Part shown: positions 1 to 5,972 of the stretch, in pieces | Layout of the letters: every line of letters starts with the position of its first letter | Numbering within the stretch: position 1 is the first letter of the stretch | Source: a virus | Lineage: Duplodnaviria; Caudoviricetes | DNA length: 53,344 nucleotides | Virus record (IMG/VR): IMGVR_UViG_3300030329_003045 | Coordinates: 1-53,344 of that record | Reading direction: 5' to 3' (one strand) | Program-made: the position numbers and the translations under genes | Notes under the pieces: generated by a model | What the model was told of the DNA's origin: nothing | What the model saw: only the letters and a program-made list of their open reading frames with translations | The model's database searches: none

Positions 1-328
1 GTGATATATATATACCCACTTATACCAAACAGTCCCATAAAGAATTGCTGTGTATGCTTAATATATGCAGGATAAATACTAGTAAGACCAAATAGATACG
101 TGTTATCATAATTAAGCTATGATAGATGCAATGGATGTGTTATATGTGTGAAATTTGCCGTAATGTTACACATATATAATATTAAGTTGTAGTTCACTGA
201 TTATGAGCGAATAACATTACTAGGTGTGACTGACACTTAAACTAAACAGTCAGGCTATGAAAGTCGTGGATGGTATTAGAGCTACCAACATCATGTAAGT
301 CCATATGTTATAATAGTATTGAGGTTCT
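1..328. repeat. Imperfect terminal repeat, copy A (allele A of an assembly bubble)
   Basis: 1-77 is identical to 52993-53069 and 252-328 is identical to 53268-53344 (both exactly 77 bp); the sequence between is homologous but divergent. Confidence 0.95.
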
Positions 329-398
329 ATGTCCTGTCACGGGATACTTGATATGATGTATAATAAGGTTTGTGCGTTCCTACCAAAAATGCACAAAT
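100..398 (+). ncRNA. Unnamed multi-stem, pseudoknotted ncRNA
   Basis: Stems 137-150/169-182, 160-167/213-220 and 227-232/247-252 are preserved by compensatory or G-U changes in the second allele; further hairpins run to ~398; no ORF; boundaries approximate. Confidence 0.75.
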
Positions 399-403
399 TA
401 TTC

Positions 404-600
404 TTCGAGGTAGTATAAATGTAAGGAAAGTGAAGTGTTATGTAAAACACTATGTCAGTAGTAAGGTTGACATCTTGCTGACACAGGATTAAATGGTCAA
501 CAGCATAATTAAAAGCAAGTACTTACTATGTCTTTAAGACTTTGAAATAATACTCAGAGCTGAAATGCCTGCAATGTAGGTTTGAATCCTGCTCTCGTCA
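404..600 (+). ncRNA. tRNA-like RNA (GAA-centred loop) with ~130-nt structured insert in the D-loop
   Basis: Acceptor CGAGG 406-410/TCTCG 593-597, TA linker, D-stem GTAT 413-416/ATAC 550-553, loop CTGAAAT 560-566, T-arm GTAGG-TTTGAAT-CCTGC 576-592. Confidence 0.55.
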
Positions 601-639
601 TAAATTATAACTTGTAACTCTAACCAATAAGGAGACACT

Positions 640-837
640 ATGTCTATAAATAATGTAATACCCAATGATATTGTCTGTGAAGACAGTCTAGATAACCAAA
701 TGCAGGCTTTCTTAGCTGCTATGAGGGATATACTAGATACTCAATGTAGAATGATGGTAGATAAGGATAGTTATGTGGAGCGGAGAAGAGTAAAGAAGAT
801 ACGTGGGGCAAGATTTAAGGTTATCTCTAAAACCTAA
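640..837 (+). CDS. Hypothetical protein (65 aa)
   Basis: ORF with AAGGAG RBS, located between RNA elements. Confidence 0.65.
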   Translation: MSINNVIPNDIVCEDSLDNQMQAFLAAMRDILDTQCRMMVDKDSYVERRRVKKIRGARFKVISKT

Positions 838-844
838 GAATATA

Positions 845-922
845 GGGCATGATATGGTATTCGACTGCTTAAGGCTTCAAGGAGCTGGTAGTAGAACGTG
901 AGTTCGATTCTCACCATGTCCA
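845..922 (+). ncRNA. Minimal tmRNA-like RNA (tRNA-like domain only, no tag reading frame)
   Basis: GGGCATG/CATGTCC acceptor with G3-U70 and discriminator A; tmRNA-type stemless D region ATATGGTATTCGAC; T-arm GTGAG-TTCGATT-CTCAC preceded by GAAC; P2 capped by a short hairpin. Confidence 0.8.
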
Positions 923-927
923 CTAAC

Positions 928-989
928 AGAGAAGTGTATCCAGGTAAGGTATAATGCGAATTATAACCCATGATCCCAAAAGCTTCTCT
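928..989 (+). ncRNA. Small stem-closed RNA module with GNRA hairpin
   Basis: AGAGAAGT/GCTTCTCT closing stem; inner ATAAT-GCGA-ATTAT. Confidence 0.45.
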
Positions 990-1049
990 AAATTTTCTAT
1001 TGACGAATAGGAGACTTTTAGTTGATTGAACGATAACAACTATTAGTAT

Positions 1050-1144
1050 CGCGGGGTGGAGCAGCCAGGAATAGGATAAGCTATCTTATATAGCTCACTG
1101 GAAGAAATATCCAGAGGTCAGGGGTTCAAATCCCCTCCCCGCTT
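1050..1144 (+). tRNA. Initiator-tRNA-like RNA with D-loop hairpin insert and non-canonical anticodon loop (AGAAATA)
   Basis: CGCGGGGTGGAGCAGCC..GG..TAGCTC matches the bacterial tRNA-fMet scaffold, including an unpaired C1; stem CTGGA/TCCAG; T-arm AGGGG-TTCAAAT-CCCCT; 21-nt insert at 1070-1090; no CAT anticodon; no CCA. Confidence 0.75.
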
Positions 1145-1151
1145 AAGAATT

Positions 1152-1886
1152 TATGAACAACGAATAATAGGCCGCTTCGGGTCTTTGAGGATAGTATATG
1201 GTAACATATATAAAGTTAATAGCGCCAGTAATGGTCCAACGGAAGCAAGCAAGTATTGCTGCTGATCTCAATGGGGTAATCCCTGAGAGAATGGTAGTCT
1301 TTGCGATGGTAAGCGAGTGAGTCTGGTGACAGGCAATAAATAAACTTGTAAGGTACTTAAGCTGAGCATGTAGGGTGTTAAGCTGGGTATTATGAAGATA
1401 TGCTAATCTTGTAGTGATATAAGATATGTGCGTATAGAGATTTGATGTATCCTAAATACATTGGAAGAGTCTAGTAGAGTATTCACTGTCGTAAGATAGT
1501 GAGCTTTATCCACGAGCACTGGACTTGGATTGCCTAAAACTAACTTAATCGTTAAATAATATATAAAATAGAATATAAAAACGACAAAGTTCTTGTGGCG
1601 TTACAGAGCATAGGGCTCTAATCCCTTACACTTTTGTGAATAAGGGGCTGGATAGTTGGTCAACAACTTGAAGGTTTTGTGATGAAAGCGTCAGTCTTGG
1701 GTCTGCAGCCTGGGATGTCATTGTGACTTAATTGAGGTGAGTAGTTGCTGAAACAACTGTAACGTTAAGAGTGATAGTCTATAACTATTGAGCTTGCTGA
1801 TGTACTTCTGTCAAAGGGAGTGGATAAGAGGAGAATAAATAATACCTCGAAAGTGTCAGCGTATCAAGTGTAATCTCAACTTGTAA
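1152..1886 (+). ncRNA. GOLLD-like giant ncRNA
   Basis: ~730 nt without an ORF, downstream of a tRNA-like gene; many short GTAA/GCAA/GTGA-type hairpins in the 5' half; 3' end TACTTCT..AAAGGGAGTGGATAAGAGG..AATAAT.CCTCGAAAG..GTGTAATCTCAAC resembles the GOLLD 3' domain as I recall it; boundaries approximate. Confidence 0.7.
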
Positions 1887-1927
1887 TAAATACTCCAATA
1901 ATGGTAATTAACCAACAAGGAGTAATT

Positions 1928-2095
1928 ATGCCAAATAAACAAGCAAAAGAACGTAAACGTATTAAAGCTGAACTTAATAAATCTCTAAAACTGAATGGTA
2001 GGACTGCTAATCAGGTAAAAAAGATTAAAGCTAGAAATATTGAGAGAAAGAAGAAGCTTGAGAAACGTTTAAAGGAACGTGGGTTGCTTAGGTAG
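1928..2095 (+). CDS. Small highly basic protein (MPNKQAKERKR...GRTANQ)
   Basis: AAGGAG RBS before ATG 1928 (the ORF track starts at 1901); Lys/Arg-rich. Confidence 0.75.
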   Translation: MPNKQAKERKRIKAELNKSLKLNGRTANQVKKIKARNIERKKKLEKRLKERGLLR

Positions 2096-2100
2096 CCCAC
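2079..2100 (+). terminator. GC-rich hairpin at the end of the basic protein gene (possible terminator or processing site)
   Basis: GTGGGTTGC-TTAG-GTAGCCCAC; no U-tract. Confidence 0.4.
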
Positions 2101-2118
2101 ATAAACTTAGGAGGTAAC

Positions 2119-2247
2119 ATGGATATTTGGATTTATGATTTATTTTGGTTAGTAGAAACAGCCATAACAATAGCTATTAAATATTATATATTAATTGCTG
2201 CCTATAGATTTGTAAGAGCACGAAGGTGGCCTAAATGGAACATATAG
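2119..2247 (+). CDS. Small membrane protein (42 aa; not in ORF track)
   Basis: AGGAGG RBS; MDIWIYDLFWLVETAITIAIKYYILIAAYRFVRARRWPKWNI. Confidence 0.65.
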   Translation: MDIWIYDLFWLVETAITIAIKYYILIAAYRFVRARRWPKWNI

Positions 2248-2255
2248 GTAGTATT

Positions 2256-2390
2256 ATGAAAAATATATTAAATAAATATCATCTATGTGAGATATGTAAT
2301 GAGTTTTATAATAAGAACAAAGAAATATGTGATGATTGTGAAACTGAAATTGATGAAATAATGGCTGAAGGTGAGAATTTTGAATATTAA
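2256..2390 (+). CDS. Small zinc-ribbon-like protein (44 aa; not in ORF track)
   Basis: CEIC...CDDC pair in MKNILNKYHLCEICNEFYNKNKEICDDCETE... Confidence 0.55.
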   Translation: MKNILNKYHLCEICNEFYNKNKEICDDCETEIDEIMAEGENFEY

Positions 2391-2424
2391 CTGCGATAGA
2401 GTATAATCTCACTGCAGTTAACCA

Positions 2425-2669
2425 GAGTTTGTTAAGGAGTCGCTTGGGGTCGATAAGAACCCTTGCGATTAAAGAGTATAGTTTATGAGACTGGACTAGA
2501 AGGGTTGAGATCCTTTTAGTTAGCCATGAGCCGCAACGTGTGGTTGTTTGAGTGCTTGTGGTAAGTAGCAGACGTGTGAAACTAACTATTAATAAACTCA
2601 CCAAATTGGTAGGAGAGACAAGAGGTCTATAGAAGTGTGACAACAACCACTTAATAGCTATAGATCTTT
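2425..2669 (+). ncRNA. Unnamed ~245-nt structured RNA with long-range loop pairing
   Basis: Closing stem 2425-2435/2589-2599; internal hairpins; stem 2621-2632/2658-2669 whose loop AACAACCAC (2642-2650) complements GTGGTTGTT (2540-2548). Confidence 0.65.
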
Positions 2670-2726
2670 AACACCCATCATCGATAGGAATACCTGAAGG
2701 CTTTAACAAGCTGTTGGTGGGTGTTA
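2669..2726 (+). ncRNA. Small three-way-junction-like RNA module
   Basis: TAACACCCATCA/TGGTGGGTGTTA stem enclosing AGG-AATA-CCT and GCTT-TAAC-AAGC. Confidence 0.45.
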
Positions 2727-2759
2727 TAAAATTGATAATAACAATAACATGGAGGTCAC

Positions 2760-2918
2760 ATGGACAACAAAAAAACAATGTTAATAGTAGTTGGTTTAAT
2801 AGTAATTGCTTTATTTGGATGGGCAGTATCGGGAAGCTCAGATGATATTACTGAACCTGAAACTGTTGATACTGAAGCTGTTGACACTGAGTCTAACTCA
2901 GAAGAAACTACTGAGTAA
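2760..2918 (+). CDS. Small membrane-anchored protein with acidic tail (52 aa; not in ORF track)
   Basis: GGAGG RBS; MDNKKTMLIVVGLIVIALFGWAVSG followed by a D/E/T-rich tail. Confidence 0.75.
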   Translation: MDNKKTMLIVVGLIVIALFGWAVSGSSDDITEPETVDTEAVDTESNSEETTE

Positions 2919-2925
2919 TTTAAAA

Positions 2926-3006
2926 TAGGGCTGTAGTGACAGGCGAGTGATGGAGCGGTAATGCTTAATAAATGATATCCACACTAACGAGGGTCAATCA
3001 GCCCTA
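2926..3006 (+). ncRNA. Stem-closed RNA module
   Basis: TAGGGCTG/CAGCCCTA, TGAC/GTCA and inner GTG..TGGA/TCCA.CAC pairings. Confidence 0.45.
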
Positions 3007-3016
3007 AAAAACTGAC

Positions 3017-3078
3017 TGGCATACTCAGGGTAGGGAACTTAGCGAACCTGATAGGGAGTACATCTACAATGTATGCCA
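3017..3078 (+). ncRNA. Stem-closed RNA module
   Basis: TGGCATAC/GTATGCCA with inner TCAGG/CCTGA. Confidence 0.45.
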
Positions 3079-3103
3079 AAAATTTAAAAGGAGGATTAAA
3101 CTT

Positions 3104-3292
3104 ATGAAAAAAGTATACATATTATTTACAGATGCAAGATCACTTGGTAGAGTACCTATGGAAGATGAATGGGATAAGGAAATAGTAGGAATATATACTA
3201 ATAGAGCAAATGCTGAGAAAGATCTTCCTAGTAACACAGAAAATAATGTTTACTATATAGAAGAACATCAAATAGAAGATATTAAGGAGTAA
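3104..3292 (+). CDS. Hypothetical protein (62 aa)
   Basis: AGGAGG RBS; typical small phage early protein (KVYIL...IVGIY...AE...YYIEE). Confidence 0.75.
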   Translation: MKKVYILFTDARSLGRVPMEDEWDKEIVGIYTNRANAEKDLPSNTENNVYYIEEHQIEDIKE

Positions 3293-3294
3293 TA

Positions 3295-3558
3295 ATGGAT
3301 AAGCATAAATACAGACATAAAAAATATGATACAACTATTATGCAGACAGTAACTGTTGGAAATATTGTAGAATCATTAATTCTTGGTATTAAACACAGGA
3401 ATTTAAAAGAAGTGGTAAACTTTTTAGCAGAACAAAGAACTAAAGCATTATTAAAATGTGATAGAAGAAAAGTAAGTAGTACTGATAGAAAGATTAAACA
3501 CTTGAAGGAATTAGGGTATAATATACCAAAGGAGGTAGAAGATGGCCTTAATGTTTGA
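3295..3558 (+). CDS. Hypothetical protein (87 aa)
   Basis: RBS AAGGAG, tightly coupled to neighbours. Confidence 0.7.
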   Translation: MDKHKYRHKKYDTTIMQTVTVGNIVESLILGIKHRNLKEVVNFLAEQRTKALLKCDRRKVSSTDRKIKHLKELGYNIPKEVEDGLNV

Positions 3559-3691
3559 ACCTGTTAGAACAGAAAATGACATAATAAAAGAACTTATTGA
3601 ACTTAAGAATAAACAGTCTGTCCTAAGAATTAAAGAAAATAAACTAATAGATGAATTAGTTCAAGTTAATAGGGAGGATAAAAATGAGTAG
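3542..3691 (+). CDS. Small coiled-coil hypothetical protein (49 aa; not in ORF track)
   Basis: AGGAGG RBS upstream of ATG 3542; fills the operon gap. Confidence 0.6.
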   Translation: MALMFEPVRTENDIIKELIELKNKQSVLRIKENKLIDELVQVNREDKNE

Positions 3692-3773
3692 TTTAATAAG
3701 TATACTATTAATATTTATAGCATGTCTAACATGGGCTGTTATTTGGTATTATATAGTAAAGAAGTTGTTTTGA
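3684..3773 (+). CDS. Small hydrophobic peptide (29 aa; not in ORF track)
   Basis: GGAGG RBS; MSSLISILLIFIACLTWAVIWYYIVKKLF. Confidence 0.55.
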   Translation: MSSLISILLIFIACLTWAVIWYYIVKKLF

Positions 3774-3774
3774 T

Positions 3775-3954
3775 ATGGATATAGGTATGTTAGAAGCAAA
3801 CACTGTGATATTGAGAAAGACCGTGAAATACTTAGATGGTGAGATGAAAATTGTTGTTGAGAAGAGAATTAAAGATAATTATAAACTAATTGATGGATTC
3901 TTTGATGAATTAGCACAAGAATATAAATCAATACAATCGTACGAACAAGAATAG
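3775..3954 (+). CDS. Hypothetical protein (59 aa; not in ORF track)
   Basis: Open frame coupled to the upstream stop, ending at the RBS of the Ubl gene. Confidence 0.55.
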   Translation: MDIGMLEANTVILRKTVKYLDGEMKIVVEKRIKDNYKLIDGFFDELAQEYKSIQSYEQE

Positions 3955-3962
3955 GAGGCCTT

Positions 3963-4181
3963 ATGGCAACTAAAACAATCAAATTTCTACAAGGTGGCGG
4001 CTTTGTGGAAAGACAAACTAACGCTGATACTGTTGAACAATTAAGAAATGAATTTCCAGATGACATAACTGCGAATTCATCTGTTGCTGTTAATGGAGTA
4101 TCTGTAACTAATACACACGAAGTAAATGAAGGTGATATTGTTGCAGCTGTTAATAACAATAAATCTGGTGGTGATCAGTAG
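3963..4181 (+). CDS. Ubiquitin-like beta-grasp protein (ThiS/MoaD-like) with C-terminal GG plus DQ extension
   Basis: 72 aa; TVEQL..., VAVNG..., EVNEGDIV..., NKSGG-DQ; AGGAGG RBS; upstream of E2, JAB and E1 genes. Confidence 0.85.
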   Translation: MATKTIKFLQGGGFVERQTNADTVEQLRNEFPDDITANSSVAVNGVSVTNTHEVNEGDIVAAVNNNKSGGDQ

Positions 4182-4200
4182 ATAAGTAAATGAATAACTT

Positions 4201-4285
4201 TAAAGGGAGAGTTACGGCTAAAACCACCATCCGTTAATATACTAGACCACATCGGAGTGCTAGTTAAGCGTGGTCTCTCTCTTTA
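4201..4285 (+). promoter_or_regulatory. Intergenic stem-closed RNA structure between Ubl and E2-like genes
   Basis: 11-bp stem TAAAGGGAGAG/CTCTCTCTTTA plus TTACG/CGTGG, just before the RBS at 4294. Confidence 0.5.
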
Positions 4286-4302
4286 TTAACCTTGGAGGGT
4301 AT

Positions 4303-5670
4303 ATGAATAATTATGAAGTAGTATATGTCGACGAACAAGACATTGGACAAGCTATAGATTTTATAGATTTAGATGCTATGGCTGAACACATTTATTTTGG
4401 CCCACAAGCTGAAATAATGGAGAAATTAAATCTATTTAACCAAAGAAATGACTGTAATTTAAGTGTTACTAAAACATTTAGATGGTCACCTGGTACTTAT
4501 GATAAAGTAGCTGAAATGATGATGAGAAGAGTTGGGTTGAGAAGAAGAGCATCTGGTATGTATAGTTATTTATCTAGAGAAGAGTATTATTGGGGTCCAG
4601 GAAGACAGAACATACAAGAAGATCTAAGAGATATGGATAGAATAATTACTAATTTAAGATATCAAGGAGTACAATGGTTAGAAGATCCATCTATATTAAT
4701 TGAAAGAAAAGAGACATTTAAGAATTATATATGTGAAAAATTCGAAGGTCTTCTTGAATTAATAGGAAAAATGGATAAAATAACCGTATTAGGTGTATTA
4801 TTAGAGCAAGATGGTAGTGCTACAACTAGAAGTTCTAGATTAGTTATAAATTTATGCTTACATCCAGGTGAAGTACAAATATATAATGCTAATAATGGAG
4901 GCACTCCAACACATGTGCAGAATCTACCAGCAGAGATGGATTTATTAGTAAGGATAGAAATGTATCCATTACAAGAAATGATAAATGAAAGACTAACTAG
5001 ATTTAATGTTCATACTTATGGAAGAACAGAATCTTATGATGATAGAGGTGCATTATATTTTCCTTATATAGCTAGAACTGATAGACGAAATAGTTGGAAC
5101 TCGCCTGAAGGGTATGGAACTATTTGTTATGGTGATGACTCTACTGATATTAATCGAGCATTAAACAATTTTGAATTACCAGCATATGCTATGTTATTAG
5201 TTAATTGGATGGGTAGATATACTCAAAATACTAATCCATATAATAATATTAAGACATTATATCATGGTGAGCCTAAATGGTTAAATGATGATTATAGAGC
5301 TATATTTGGTACAAATAACTGGGATGCATGTAGATATAGACCATCTGGGCATGATGATTACTGTGATACTAATGAGTGTGCATTAAGACATACTTGTGAA
5401 ATATACAAAACAGCATATCCAGAACCAGTAACGCCAGAGCAAGCCGAACAAATGACCTTGCAATGGGCTACTAGAATGGGTGGAGTTGGATCTAATGCTA
5501 GTCAACCGACAGCTGATCAGACTTGGGTTAATCCAGAAGCTGTTAGAGAAGAGCGTATTAATGCTGAAATGGATGCTGAAGAAGCAGAATTAGAAGCATA
5601 TCAAAGAGCTATGGAAGCTAGTATCGAATCAGAACAAGCTGCTGATAACATTATAGAAGAGGAGGAATAA
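4303..5670 (+). CDS. Putative prokaryotic E2-like (UBC-fold) conjugating enzyme with C-terminal Cys cluster
   Basis: FPYI...GYGTICYG resembles the E2 (H)PxI...GxICLG catalytic segment, followed by helices and NPY; Cys4 cluster near the C-terminus; operon context; start moved to ATG 4303 with GGAGG. Confidence 0.6.
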   Translation: MNNYEVVYVDEQDIGQAIDFIDLDAMAEHIYFGPQAEIMEKLNLFNQRNDCNLSVTKTFRWSPGTYDKVAEMMMRRVGLRRRASGMYSYLSREEYYWGPGRQNIQEDLRDMDRIITNLRYQGVQWLEDPSILIERKETFKNYICEKFEGLLELIGKMDKITVLGVLLEQDGSATTRSSRLVINLCLHPGEVQIYNANNGGTPTHVQNLPAEMDLLVRIEMYPLQEMINERLTRFNVHTYGRTESYDDRGALYFPYIARTDRRNSWNSPEGYGTICYGDDSTDINRALNNFELPAYAMLLVNWMGRYTQNTNPYNNIKTLYHGEPKWLNDDYRAIFGTNNWDACRYRPSGHDDYCDTNECALRHTCEIYKTAYPEPVTPEQAEQMTLQWATRMGGVGSNASQPTADQTWVNPEAVREERINAEMDAEEAELEAYQRAMEASIESEQAADNIIEEEE

Positions 5671-5972
5671 TGAGTTTTGTAACAGAAAATAGTATGAAAG
5701 CACATTACAAGAGATTATCTTGTAGAACTATTAAAATAAATGGCGTTAGACTTGATCTTGAGGTTTATAAAACGCCTGATGGTATGACATTTGAGGTAGT
5801 AGAACATGTTCCTGATACAGTATTTGATGATAATTATGTATCAAGACATGAAACACATATCTCTTGGGATAAAATAGTAGACGCTCCAGAAGAGCCTTTA
5901 CCAGAAGAAGATAATGAACCTTTAACAGAAGAAGACGATAGTCTAGGAAGAATGTACGGAGGAGTAAAATAA
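5670..5972 (+). CDS. Hypothetical acidic-tailed protein within the Ubl operon
   Basis: TAATG-coupled on both sides, between the E2-like and JAB genes. Confidence 0.7.
   Translation: MSFVTENSMKAHYKRLSCRTIKINGVRLDLEVYKTPDGMTFEVVEHVPDTVFDDNYVSRHETHISWDKIVDAPEEPLPEEDNEPLTEEDDSLGRMYGGVK

Noticed and set aside
1-328. Biological direct terminal repeat
   Set aside because: The copies differ internally and the identical flanks are both exactly 77 bp, which fits an assembly bubble better
1050-1144. Functional tRNA-Met or tRNA-Phe
   Set aside because: No U33, no CAT, AAA-centred loop and an enlarged D-loop
845-1886. Full-length or two-piece (permuted) tmRNA with a tag ORF
   Set aside because: The 5' and 3' TLD halves are in normal order and joined by a short hairpin; I found no tag reading frame
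2254-2646. Minus-strand 130-aa ORF
   Set aside because: Antisense to a zinc-ribbon ORF and a G-U-rich + strand RNA; no RBS or recognisable motif
2669-3078. Hammerhead, twister or HDV-like ribozymes in the small modules
   Set aside because: I could not place the required cores (e.g. CUGANGA plus GAAA) in the right stem context
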